Assembly: GCA_024679065.1 (NCBI GenBank)
Contig: JAGIQG010000040.1
Location: forward strand, 4,092,001-4,156,000
Direction of reading: 5' to 3'
From: Sphyrna mokarran
Lineage: Eukaryota
DNA length: 64,000 bases
Under the pieces are notes generated by a model that ran no database searches, was not told the origin of the DNA, and was given only the letters and a program-made list of their open reading frames with translations. The position numbers and the translations under genes were made by a program. Positions 48,660 to 61,790 of this stretch are shown here, one piece after another. Numbering within the stretch: position 1 is the first letter of the stretch; every line of letters starts with the position of its first letter.

Positions 48660-49500
48660 CGGAACCCGAGTGAGCTGAATGACGGATCCATTGACCGTCC
48701 AATTATGACCTGCAATGGAAACTTTAAACAGATCATAGGCTCAATTGTAAATGTCACCACAATGTGATCTGTGTGTCTCTGTCCAGACTCTTTGGACAGA
48801 TATAGGCTGCATTGACAGATGTTCTCACGGGATTGTGTCCCTTGGATTCATTTTCTGCTCAGAAGTGAGATGTGTAGTTTGGAACTGGCAGCAACAAAAC
48901 AGGAAGATGTGTTACCTGAGAATGAAACAGCCGGCGTCAGTTTGATGTTATCACTGTGAACAGTCTTCCTGCCTGTGAGGGTGAACTCACTCTGACAGCA
49001 TCAAGAGCAACAGCCCAGACTGATGCCGGTCTCACTAATACATTCAACTTCATTTCAATTTTAAAGAATAAAATAAATTATAACATGTGGATTAACAGCA
49101 TTAGAACTCGGGGAGCTCAGTGGCTGATCCACTGACCATCCAGTTATGTCCGGGATTGGAAACTCAGCAGACCGCAACGAACTCATTTGTAAATGTCACC
49201 GCAATATGATCTGTGTGACTCTGCCCTGACTCTGTGGACAGATATAGGCCGCATTGACAGATATTCTCACCAGATTGTGGTCCCTAGATTTATTTTCTGC
49301 TCAGAAATTACGTGTGGTTTGGAACCAGCAGCAAGAATCAGGAAGTTGTGTAACCTGAGAATAAAACAACCGGAACCAGTTTGATGTTACAGTCTTCCTG
49401 CCTGTGGGGGTGGGTGTTGGTGAGGAAGAACTCATGCTGAAAGCATCAAGAACAACCACACAGATTACTGTCGATCTCAGCATTGCATTTACCTCTATTC
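48660..49500. repeat. Tandem duplication of a ~440 bp unit
   Basis: 48751 and 49193 start colinear similar sequence (MSPQCDLC / MSPQYDLC ORFs). Confidence 0.9.
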
Positions 49501-52034
49501 ACATTTAAATCGTTCAAGAAAATGATCATATTTGAGGTTTAAATAGATGAATTGAAGTGAAGATGAACTGAAGATTATCACTGAGAGAAAAGAGGGAAAA
49601 TTAAAGCAATATTTTTTCCCCGCAGACGTGTTCTAAAATAGAAAGTTTAAGGGTGTTATGTATTGTGTGAGAGACATCGAGGAGTTTGTTTTAGGCATTG
49701 AATTTTCCTCTGCTGAGGTTTTTGTGCTTTTCCGTCAGAAGGTGCTTTAAGCAAAAAAAAACTTTTTTTTCAACTAACAGCCAGATCTGTTTCCTGGGTA
49801 CCTGTGTAAGTGACTTAATGGAGACTGGCAGAATGCAGAGAAATTTTCTGATTTAGGTGCAGTCTGAGACAGAAAAAGAGAGGACAGAAGTTCAGTGCGT
49901 CATTTGAAAGATACATTGTCTTGGCAGCAGAATACCCAGCTGTACATCACATTCAAGAGTGTCCAGGGGAATTCATTAACTTTAGGTATTGACTGAAACA
50001 TAATATGTGCAAATAAACATTAAATACTTATCTTATCATGTTTGGAGGCAATAGGAATTGTTCACACAACGGTTAGCATAGGTATCTTACATTGTTATGG
50101 ATGCAGGTTCTATTTCGGCCATAGGAATGGTGTTTGCACATTCTCTCCGTGTGTGCATGAGCTTCCTCCAGGTTTACCTCTTTCCTCATGCAATTCAAAG
50201 GTGTACAGATCAGTTGGAGAGATTATGCTGAATTACCCCTTAGTGTCCATTTGCAGTGAATGCGGCACACATTTATTAACGTCCTCAATCTCTTCTGAAC
50301 AAGAAGTTTCATCACAAGCTTTCAACAACTTTCATTTCACTCGCTCCCTCTTTCTTTCCATTTGTCAGATGCATTTTATGGAATGCTGAGACATTGTCTG
50401 CTTTATTGTTAGGAAACAGTGTAATACAAAGTGAAACACCGATGTATTCAGTAGTGCACGACATAGAGCCTAGCACAATAATATCTGAGATGCAGTCTAA
50501 TGTAGCAAAGATGGCCTCCTGAACGAACAAAAACTCAGAAATAATGATTTGTAGCATTGTCTTCATGCGATAATAAATGAAGCGGCACATTATGTAAACA
50601 GATACAAGATCGATTGCAAATATTCAGACGCTGCATATAAATAGATATGACCTAGTGCATTATTGTACATGACTGCACGAAATGTGTGTGAGAGAGAGTG
50701 AGAGAGGGAAGGAGAGAGACAGAGAGAGAGAGGCAGGGAGAAAGAAAGAGAGAGAGATGCACATTAATGCCACTCTATTTATGATGAATGATCTGCTGAC
50801 TGTTTCTGGTGGGTTTTTTTCAATCCCATGCATCCACAATATCTTCCTGATGAACAACGAAATATTTGATCAGGTTACCGACGGCCAATAAAAGGTATAG
50901 TATTGTGAATTGATTTAGACGAAGAAATTGAGATAAGGAGATTTAGGGAGGAAGTAATAGAGCTTAGGGCCTAGACATATCCCAAATTGGAAAAATAATT
51001 TAAAAAATAACAATATAAATTGCAGAAAGTATTTATTTTAAATTCTATTCAAACATAGTGTAACTGTCATCACTTGTTCTGTAGCTATTTCGGTTTTTTT
51101 CTCTGTCTGAAACAGATGAGCAATTAACGATTGAATAGATATTTAGCCTGTGGGAGCCCAACTGGAGACATTGCGAGTACGCAATTCTGTTTTACATTGT
51201 ATCAGTGTATCAGTTGGAAGGTAAAATAAAATAAGATAGGCAAACAATTTTTTATCGCTAAACTCTGTGGCGTATTGACACAGTGCAACACAATATACAA
51301 TTAATAAAACGTATCTCAACAGGGATTACCTGAACATATTCGAACGAGTGTTGCACCGTTGTTCAGATATTGACCAGTCCCTCAATGTCAGTGGATCACT
51401 TAGAAATTGTTATGACGTTCACGCTAAATATAATAGCAGAAGAACTAGGCGTCTCTCACAGCTACGTATAGATTTTAGCAAAAAATAAATAAACTTTTCC
51501 TTCCAAACAAGAATGGTTGGTATCGGACAGGCACGAATATATATATATATATCTCATGGTTAATAATATCTTGACAGACAACTTATTCATGATCCTGCAA
51601 TGGTTTAACAGAGACAGGCTCTGATGTAATGTAAAGAGACAAATCCTGTGTAATATAAAAAGAAATTGAATCTGATTTAGTATAATCAGATCCGTGGTTT
51701 ACTTTAGTACTAATTAAGAAGGCCTAATGTTGCATAAGTAGAGGAATGGCCTAGTGTGCATAACGAGAAATACGAGCGAATGTAGTATGAAGAGAGGCAG
51801 AGTCTACAGATGTAAAATTAAATATTGGATCTGGTAAAACATAAGTGGAAATGTGGACTGATGTGATGTAATCAGAGAGATGGTTCAGTAAATCCATAAC
51901 TAATAAAACAGTGTCTTCTACATACTTGCCGTTTTGTCAGTGGGTAACAGTTTTTTCCCCTAATGAATAAAACATTCCCATTCATCGCTTTGTACTTCTG
52001 TACTAAACTTCCCATAAACTGTTCAGCTCTAAGG

Positions 52035-52292
52035 GAAATTATGAGTTATAGGACGGATATCAGAGGTAGGTTCTTTACTCAAAGAGTGATTAGGGAGTGG
52101 AATGCCCTGCCTGCAGCTGTTGTAGATGCGCCAAGTTTGGTGGCGTTTAAGAGGTTAGTTGATAAGTATATGGATGAGAAGGGAATGGTTTAGTTAGGAG
52201 GGGCATTGCTTTTTATTTTGGTCGGCACAACATCGAAGGCCGAAGGGCCTGTTCTGTGCTGTATTGTTCTATGTTCTATGTTCTATGTTCTA
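52035..52292 (+). mobile_element. Young CR1 3' end, same family as the full-length copy
   Basis: Almost identical to the reverse complement of 3140-3372; (TTCTATG)n tail. Confidence 0.92.
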
Positions 52293-52734
52293 AATAAACT
52301 CAGCGTTCAGCTGTTATGATAGTGGAGCTCATACATCATTAACATCAAACTCTCAGACCTTGTACATCACATGTTTCCAGATGTCATTTTAGGAATTGAT
52401 GGAATTTTTACATGGATTCCCATTAATCATTGCCATCGAATCAGAATAAGATTCGAGACTAGGAGGAAACATGCCTCTGACAATTAAATACATCCCTGTA
52501 ATATTGGAGACTGATCTCAGACTTTAGACACACTGAGTTAAATGGCATAATGTCAAAACACAAAACGTGATCAGTTATCTCAGTGGAGTCAACATTATTT
52601 TTAAATCAGATGGCAAAATCACACAACAGATATTCAACTCATGATACAACCTGTGACCCAGCGATGATTTTTCACTTGTTCCATAGGGAAACGTGATGAT
52701 ACTTCAATCTAAGGGTTTATGCAGCAACGCTATT

Positions 52735-53240
52735 ATTAAGTTGTTATTACAGAAGATTGAAATAATGCTCTGGGGACAGGAGTTCAAATTCCAGCCCAGC
52801 AGCTGGGGAATTTCAATTCAATTAATTTGTTTCAGCTTAAACAAAATCTTTCTGTGATTAATAACAATCATATTTCATCAAAGCTCAGCTTCTTCTCTCG
52901 TGGTTTTCAGTAGAGGAAATTTTGCTTCTTACTTACAAGATATAGAAAATTGTCAGTAGACAATTGACAATTGACGAATGAATAAATAAAACTCTGTTTA
53001 TCCTATCTGTCCTAAATGTGAGTCCAGTTCCACACTGATGAAGTTGACTGTTAATTCCCTCTGAAATTACCGAAACAGCCATTCAGGTGATTCAAAGCTG
53101 TTGCAGAAGGACAAACACAAATAAAACCGACGAGAGAGCTATTTTCTTTTCAAAACGTTGATTCACAATCGCCTTCTCAGAATGGGGAATTAATGCTGAC
53201 TTTGTCAGTAATGCCCAATCCAGAGAATGAATAAAACATT
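52735..53240 (+). mobile_element. Old SINE (SacSINE1-like); related copy at ~62150-62470
   Basis: 'taatgctctggggacaggagttcaaattcc...gcagctggggaattt' head and 'atgcccaatccagagaatgaataaaa' tail. Confidence 0.6.
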
Positions 53241-54439
53241 CCGGAAATCTAAAATCTAGCTTCCAGAAATCTAAAACAAAACCAACAAAAAAGCCAAGTC
53301 AATAGGCATCAGCAGAAAGTGAAACGTCTTATTATTTCAGGTCAATGACAGGATGTAAAATCTCGTTGATATAATTCTATAGAACTTGGTTCTTCTCTGT
53401 TTTCTGGGCTATTCATTCTTCGACTAAAATCACAAAATTGCTGCTCATGTATTACACGTTAGTTTGTTGGAGCTTGCTGTACAGAAAACACTTGCTGTAT
53501 TTCCAACATTACAGCAGTGAGTAAAGTCAGCGAAAATACATCAGTAAGTTTTAAATATTTTGGGGCGATCTGGGGTCGGGTAAAGCGTTATAAAAAGACA
53601 AGTTCTTTCCAAGTGTTAACATTTTAAAATGCAACATCTAATACGTTGAAAGCTCTGAGTTTAATGTGATTATGTTCACTCCTCTGCCTGATGTTTTACC
53701 TTGTCTGGTTTTAATAGATTATATCAATCACATTGGCATTCAGTTGAATACCAGCACTTTCGAATATCTTGTATTAATTGTGACATCAGAACATTCAGAA
53801 CAAATTCTTGATCAGAAGGGTTTGTTTTTACTTGAATTAACTAACACCTGGGCAAAATGGATATTCATGAAGCTTCTATTCCTTTTGAACCATCTGTCAA
53901 TATAATTAAATTAAATCAGTATTTTGAATTGAAACCAATCAATGAGTGACAGTTTGTCTAATTTTGCTGTTACGAACATTTCATTGTAACCAGTGAGCTG
54001 TTTATGTAAATAAATACAGAAATAGAAGTTCCAGATTAGAATTATTGATTGACAAAATACAACAAATATTTTCCCATCAACACAGCACAGAAATAGAAGT
54101 AAACCTGCAAATAGATCAACGGATTCCAGTCATGATTGTTTTTGGACATATTTTTCATCACTTTTACGCACAAAACAACCAAAAATCATATTTATGTGAA
54201 AATTTAAAAAAAAATCCCTCTAATCTCGAAATATAAGGACACGGCAAATATATTTGCGGATATTTCATGTGCTTAATCTCTCCATGTTTTCCTTCTGTCT
54301 GATTCTGTGTCATGTCTTGTCTCTGCACGATGGGTCATTGTCTTACTCAACAATATCAAGCCAAAACCCAGCTAATGTATTCTCTCAGCCCGATTCATAA
54401 GTTTCGAACTAAATGGATCTAATTCAATTAATCATAACT

Positions 54440-54900
54440 TGTAGATGGAGCTTTATTCCAAAATGTATCGTGATAATTCCCTGCATCTTACACATCCTGT
54501 ACCAGCATCAAATTGTTTGAATGGACAGTATGGAGATATTTTGGCAGTTTCGCAACATTCTACATTTGCTGCAAATGTTTGATTGAGACAGTGCAAATGG
54601 AGTTTCACTTTGTCTCTATCCGTACTGCACCTGCTTTGAAGTGTTTAATGGTGCAATGTGGAAGGAGCTTTACATTCAATATCTAGCTGCATGCTACACC
54701 TTCCTTTGGTATTTTTGCTGGCACACAAGTTCCTGTCCCCATGTTGCACTCATCTGTGACCCTGTCTCTGCTTGTGTTAAATTATTTAATCTCGATGTCG
54801 GTTTATATTAAAGAAGATTCTGTCTCTGTCCGTGTTACACTAGATGTACTCTCTATTTACACTAAACTAGATGTTGTCTCCGTTTATATCACATATTACA
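54440..54900. repeat. Highly degenerate ~60-65 bp satellite-like array
   Basis: Recurring 'ggagcttta', 'tgtttga/tgtttaatgg', 'ctgtctctg' units. Confidence 0.45.
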
Positions 54901-54924
54901 TGTGTCTGCACCTCTTTTGAGTGC

Positions 54925-55790
54925 ACTGGCCCAATTGATCAAGATCTCATTGCAATTGGAGATAACCTTCTTCACTGTTCACTATGCCACCAACCTTGAA
55001 TACACTGAGGGAGAAATTAGCATGGTCTGAAAACTTATTAACCATGCCCTCTACATTCTCATCCAAATCATTAATATAAATGACAAATAATATTGAATTC
55101 AGCACTGATCCCTGAGGCATACTACTAGTCACAGGCCTCTAGTTCGAAAAAAAACCTCTACAACCAACCTCTGGCTTCATTTAGATATCTCACCCTGGAT
55201 CCGTGAGATTTTACCTTATGCAACAATCTAACATGTGGTACCTTGTCAAAGGCCTTGCTAAAGTCCATGTAGACAGCGTCAACTGCACTGTCCTTGTCTA
55301 CTTTCTTTGTTACCCCTTCAAAAAATGCAATCAAATTTGTCAGGCATGATTTTCCACACACAAAGCCATGCTGACTGTCCCTACTCAGTCCTTGCGTCAC
55401 AAAATGCCTATAGATCCTACCTCTCAAAATACCTTCTAACAATTCACACAATTTAAGTCTGAGGCTTAATTGCCTATAGTTCCCACGCTTTTCCGTGCAC
55501 CTCTTTTTAAACAAAGGCACAACATTTGCCATTCTCCAATCTTCAAGCACCTCACCCGTGACTATTGATAGACAAATATAGCTGCTAGGGGATCCACAAT
55601 TTCCTCCCAAGCCTCCCTTAATGTCCTGGGAAACACTTCATCTGGTCCTGGGGACTTATCTACCTTGATGCACTTTAAGACTTTCAGCACCTCCTTTCCT
55701 TTCTCCTCAAGACATCGCTATTTATTTCCCCAAATTGCCTAATATCCACGTTTTTCTCAACGTAAATACTGATGAGAAATATTCATTTGA
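54925..55790 (-). mobile_element. CR1-type LINE RT fragment
   Basis: DWRMANVVPLFKK, QHGFVCGKSCLTNL, VYMDFSKAFDKVPH, PQGSVL. Confidence 0.9.
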
Positions 55791-55954
55791 TCTAATGAAC
55801 TATTTATTAATCTAATTAAGTATTAGAGCAATGATCGTGATTGAAACTCTTGTAATGTAAGAAGAATGTTGTTCCAGTTTAGTATACACAGGTAAAGGTT
55901 CTGCTACAGTAGGAATTGGGGCATAGTCTCTTGCGAGATTGAACTTTGAAGCAC

Positions 55955-56245
55955 TATTTGCACACAAGTTGGCTTATATTAATACTGAAATGAAGTGACT
56001 GCAGAAGTCCCCTAGACGTCATCCTCTGGCGCCTGTTTGAATGCACTGAGCGAGGAATTAGCATAGTCAAAATGCACCTAACCAGTACCTTTTCCGGACT
56101 GTGGGAGGAAACTGGAGTACCAGGAGGAAACCCATACAGAAACAAGGAGAACGTGCAGACTCTGCACAGACAGTCACTCAAGCTGGGAATTGACCCCGTG
56201 TCCCTAACGCTGTGAGGCAGCAGTGTGAAACACTGTGCCACAGCG
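55955..56245 (-). mobile_element. HE1-related SINE
   Basis: tRNA-like head 'tggcacagtg...ctgctgcctcacagcg...gggtcaattccc' and V-domain on the minus strand. Confidence 0.8.
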
Positions 56246-56499
56246 CTGCTCAGATTAACTGAGGCATCATTCAGCGCATTCATAATTCAGAAAGTATCGT
56301 GTAAACAGGGCCTTGGCCTCATGTATGTACAACTGATGATAAGCCGACCAGAGAAAGAGTGGAGACAGGATTTGCTGCAATGTGATTTAGACATGCCTAT
56401 TACAATACAAACAGAGGTGGGGCTAGTTGAAAATAAGCATGGTTAAGACATGTTCAAAATTATTTAATGACATGTTGATGTCTCTGGAAAATTGGCATT

Positions 56500-58520
56500 T
56501 GATGCCACTATTTTTTTTTCTTTGAGAATGTGGTTGTGAGTCCTCTTCTGGAACCATTGCATTACATACTGAGAAAGTATACCCACAGTGCTGATAGGAA
56601 GGGAGTTATAAGATTTAAAATGCTGTTGAAGGATTATGTTGCTCATGTATAAGTTGTATAATTCTGATTGAGTTGTATATCTTTGATGCAGAGAGTGAAT
56701 GTTTGAAGTAGTGGATGGGCTGTTGCTCGAGCCAGCTATGTTTTGCTCGGTGATATCGAGCTATGTGGGTGTTGCTTCGGGGCCACAAGTCAGGTAAAGT
56801 GGAGAATATTCAATTACAATCCTTACTTTTGCCCTGTATATGATGGATAGGTTTTGCAAAGTCAGGAGGTGAGTTACTCAACGCACAATCCCGTTTCTGG
56901 CCTGTGCTTGTCGCAACAATATTTACATGACTGTCCCAGTTCACTTTTTCGTCAATGGTAATGATGATAGTAGGGGTTTCAGCCATAGCCATGCATTTAA
57001 TGACAAGGGGAGATGTTTGAATCTCTCTTAATTGAGTGGGTCATTCTTTGCCATTTGGGTGATATGGATGTCACTCGCCACTTCATTTCAAAGCCTAAAT
57101 GTTTCCTCAGTCTTGCTGCTTATGGACAAGGTCTGCTTCACTATCTGAGGAATCGCAAATATGCTGAACATTGTGCATTCATCAGGGAATATCCCACTTC
57201 TGACCTTGTAATGAAAGGTGAAGATTAAGCCGAGCACACTATCCCGAGGACTTCCTACAGCAATGCTCTATGTCTGGTCACTCTATTATAGAAAGAATAT
57301 TATTAAACTAGAAAGAGTGCAGAAAAGAGTTACTAGGATGCTACCGGGACTCGATGGTTTGAAATAAAGGCAGAGGCTGGATCGACTGGGCCTTTTTTCT
57401 CTGGAGTGTAGAAGGCTGAGGAGTGATCTTATAGAGTTCTATAAATTAATGAGGGGCATAGATTAGCAAGATAATCAATATCTATTTCCAAAGGTAGGTT
57501 AGTATAAAACAAGAAGGCATAGATTTAAGGTGAGAGAGGAGAAGTGTCTGGAGGGGGGGGGACGCATTTTTTCACTCAGAGGGTGGTAAGTATCTGGAAC
57601 AAACTGCCAGAGATACTAATAGAGGCGGGTACAATTTTGCCTTTTAAAAAGCATTTAGACATGGGTAAGATGGGTATAGCGGGAAATGGACCGAATGCAG
57701 ATAAATGGGACTGGTTTTGGTGTTTTAAAAAGGGTGGCCTGGGCAAGTTGGGCCGAAGGATCTGTTTCCGTGCTGTAAACCTCTAACTCTGTCGAGATGA
57801 TTGGCTTGAAACAACCACAACCAACTTACTCTGTCTTCGGTGAGACTGAAGCCAGTGGAATGTTTTCCCCTGGATTCCCATTCATTGAGGCTTCGCTTAC
57901 ACTCCTTGCTGCCACAATCGTTCAAATGCTGTGCTGATGTCGAGGGCAGGCTCTCTAACCTCACTTTATTAAATCAGCTATTTCCACTATATTTGAAGTA
58001 AGTTTAAATGATTTCTGGAAATGAGTTCCCCAGTAGACTGGGAGCTGGGCAAATTGTTATCATTACTATTATCGCTTATTGGATAATCCTCAATACCTTC
58101 TGCCACGTTGATCGAATAAGGGCTCATTGGGCGAAATTTGGTCGAGTTGAATTTGTCCTGCCTTTTGCAATCAGACATGTTTGCCAAAATTCCATAATGT
58201 TGTGTCTTTGATAGTGTCATAGCTGTACTTGTATAGATTGGTTGGGGCATATCTAGTCCGAGACCACAAATCGTCATTATTGTTGCTGAAACATTGTCAG
58301 GACGAATAATCTTTACAGAGTCCAATGCTTTTAGTATGGGGTTAGATCACAGATCAGTCACGATCATGTTGCATGGCCGACCGAGCTCCAGGAAATGAAT
58401 GACCTACTTCTGTCCCTATCTCCCTATGCTATCATGTGAAATGAGTTGAACTTCTCGGGGACTGGCATCTGTGATGTTAGGAACCTCAGGAGGAGGCCGA
58501 GATGGAGCATCCCTTTGGCA
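56500..58520 (-). mobile_element. Old L2/CR1-clade LINE fragments, interrupted by a CR1 3' end at ~57280-57790 (+)
   Basis: Degenerate RT remnants (VNWDSHVN; PPEVPNITDAS); similar sequence at ~59990-60660. Confidence 0.55.
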
Positions 58521-59089
58521 CTTCTGGCTGATGGTAATAGCAATTATTTCAATCGTGTTCCTTTTCCTACTTGTTGAGCTCCACCACCTTAAAAATGGGG
58601 GTTTAATTGAGGCTTCTGCTGCGTTTTTTAAAAAGTGCCCATTACCAATCAGGGCTGCATGTGGAAGAACAGCAAAGTTACATCCTGTCTGTAAAAAATC
58701 GAAGCAGAGTGGACATGTGAAGTATGCATTGTTGTAAATTAGTTGAAACAAGATGCCTTATGATACATAATATAATCAGAGACAGGGCCCATTCCAACAT
58801 AGACACATATGGAAGCCAATTCAAAATGAATCGACACAGGATCCAATATAGTACCTATTGAAGCAGTGTCTGAATCATTAAATGTAACCGATCAAGATTT
58901 CAATTCCATCTGCTGGCAAAACTCTGCAATTACAGTTAACTGTGAAAATATCGTTGTCGGGCATGATCAAGAATTCACATCCATAAATTAATATTACATC
59001 TATAACCTAATGTCACATCCACTTCTGTGGAAGGTGCCAAAATTTAAGGTGCAACGAAATATAGATGTACGTTTTTGAATAAAGCAGGT

Positions 59090-59930
59090 TTAAGTGGTGT
59101 CCTACAGGAATTTGTTTAGGGGCCTCAATTATGCATAATATTCACCAGCAGCTTAGATAATGCCATACATAGTTAAGTTTCCAAATGATATTGATCAAGG
59201 TATTTTTCAGAAGGCGCAAAATTAAATTCAGTTGATGTCCAGTGAAATTTGGAAGTTCAGATGCACAGCTCCTTAAAATACCACAAACTGATCCAAAAAA
59301 TCAAGGAGGCCAACGGAATGCGGTCTTCATATCTAAAGGGAAGAGATATAGGGATGCAGATGTTGTGCTGCAATTATGCAAAATCCTTGTTAGACCCCAA
59401 TTAGAGTACTGTACGCGGGCGTGGGTAACACACCTTGGAAGGTATTGGCCCTAGAGGGAGTTCCACGTAGCTTTACAAGAATTATACCTGGTCTTAAAGG
59501 ATGAGGTTGCGAAGAAAAATTAGGCACATTAAGACTTTTTCTCTAGAATTCAGAAGTTTGAAGATGCTCCGAGAGGGTTCTACAAAATATTTACAGGGAA
59601 GGACAGGGTGGATAAGGATAAAATGTTTCCTCAAGTTGAACACTCGAGAATAAAGACCATATTTTTTTTTGAAAAAGGATTAAGCCATGCTGAAGAATTG
59701 ATGGAAAGCATTTCTACACGCAAAGGCTTATAAACTTTGGAACTTTCTTCAAAAGTCGGTGGGTGATGTTTCAGTTGTTAAATTTAAGTCTGAAATAGTT
59801 TCTTTTATTGAACAGAGTTATCAAGGGATATAGGCTCAGGGCAGGTCCATGGAGTTAAGTTATAGATGAGCCATGATTTTATAGAATGGCGGGGCGAGTT
59901 CGAGGAGCTGAATGGCCTACTCCTGTTCCA
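59090..59930 (+). mobile_element. Decayed CR1-type LINE 3' fragment
   Basis: ILVRPQLEYC; tail 'gctgaatggcctactcctg'. Confidence 0.75.
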
Positions 59931-61214
59931 AAGTTGGCAGGTCGGCATCAGAACAAAATGTCTCAATCCATGGTAATATATTTTTGTTCATCTTGATTAG
60001 GAGGAGGCATTCGAAAGCTAATGGTGAGCAGCCTTCTTGAATTACTGCAGAACCTGTAGCGTAGGTATACACACAAAACTGTTATAGAGGGAGTTCCATG
60101 ATTTTGACCCAGTGAAGGAAGGGCGATGTACTTCCAAATTAGATATATGGATAACTTGGAGGGGAATCTATTGGTGATATTGCCAGGTAACTGTTACATC
60201 TGTCCTCCAGGTGATAACTGCCATGTGGTTGGAAGTGATGGCTATGGAGTCTTGGTGAGTTCCTGAAGTGAAACTTGTAGGTCATACACAATACTGCTGT
60301 TGTTTGTCGATGGTGGATGGAGTGAGCATTTCTAAATGCTAGGCCAGTCAAGCCGGATGTTTTGTTCCCAATGGTATAAATCTTCTTAATTGTTGTTTGG
60401 ACTGCACGCATTCAAGCAAGGGAACAGAAATCTATTACTCTTCTGATTTCGGTGGTGGATAGGATTGAGGAGTCAGGAGGTGGGTTACTCACAGCAGGCT
60501 GACTTGATATTCCAACCGGAGCATTTTTATACCTCGTTAATTCAGTGATTAGCCAATGGCAACCCCGACGATATTTTTAAAGTATCGTAATATCATTGAG
60601 TGACAATGGACAATGGGCAGATTTTCCCTTTCTGGAGATAGTCATTGCCTGACACGAGTATTATGAATAATCTTCAATTCACAAAAATAAATTAATATTT
60701 CGCCTATTATTTACAACATTTTATCTGATACAAATGTAGTTGCAGTTTATTTAATATAACTTATTGAAATTCAAATATATTGAGACCATATTGACCTTTC
60801 TATTACTCAGGAATTAAATCTGCACCAGAATTCAGCGGTAATGGAATTAATTCAGAGGATAATGAACAGCCTCTACGCTTTATTGACATGTAATCACCAC
60901 ATCATTACACAGAAACTCCTGATACATTATTGGAGTTTTTGACATTTTTGAAATGACGGTAGAACTGAAAGTATTTGTATCTAATGTGAACGTTATAGAA
61001 CCTTAAAATCCAGTTTAATTTTTACATTGGTCTGGAAAGTAATTCACCACTTGAAGCTGTCCAGTGAGTTTCATAATACTTTTTTGGCCACTTTATTTAC
61101 TTTTTTAGCCTGTTACCTTCAGTAATTTGGATGATGATATACTGAGTCATTTGTTGCACTCGAAAGAGCCACATGTTCCAAATATTAAATCTACCCTAAT
61201 CAACCTAATCATGT

Positions 61215-61790
61215 TGATTAGGCCGCAGCTGGAGTAGTGTGTGCAGTTTTGGTCGCCGCATTCGAGGAAGGGTACATTGGCCTTGGAGGGGGTGTGGAGA
61301 AGGTTTACTAGGTTGATACCGGAGATGAGGACGTTGGATTATGAGGAGAGACTGAATAGGCTAGGTTTGTACTCTTTGGAGTTTAGAAGACTGAGAGAGG
61401 ATCTTATAGAGACGTATAAGATAATGAAGGGGATGGATAGGGTAGAAGTTGAGAGACTCTTCCCGCTTAGCAAAGATAGCAGGACTAGAGGGCACAGCCT
61501 CAAGACTGGGGGGGGAGGGTTCAGATCGGAATTGCGGAGGCGTTTCTTCACGCAAAGGGTGGTGAATCTTTGGAATTCTCTGCCTGATGAGGTGGTGGAG
61601 GCTTCCTCACTGAATATGTTCAAGTCAAGAGTGGATAGGCTTTTAATTGACAGGGGAATTAAGGGTTACGGGGAGAAAGTGGGAAAGTGGTACTGAACCA
61701 CTGCAGATCAGCGATGATCTTATTGAATGGCGGGGCAGGCTCGAGAGGCTGTATGGCCTACTCCTGCTCCTATTTCTTACGTTCTTATGT
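61215..61790 (+). mobile_element. CR1-type LINE 3' fragment
   Basis: QFWSPH...LYSLEFRRLREDLIETYKIMKG...FFTQRVVNLWNSLP. Confidence 0.92.

Noticed and set aside
51263-51300. CTCTGTG-9 nt-CACAGTG, D-segment-like
   Set aside because: No acceptable nonamer at 12 or 23 nt on either side.
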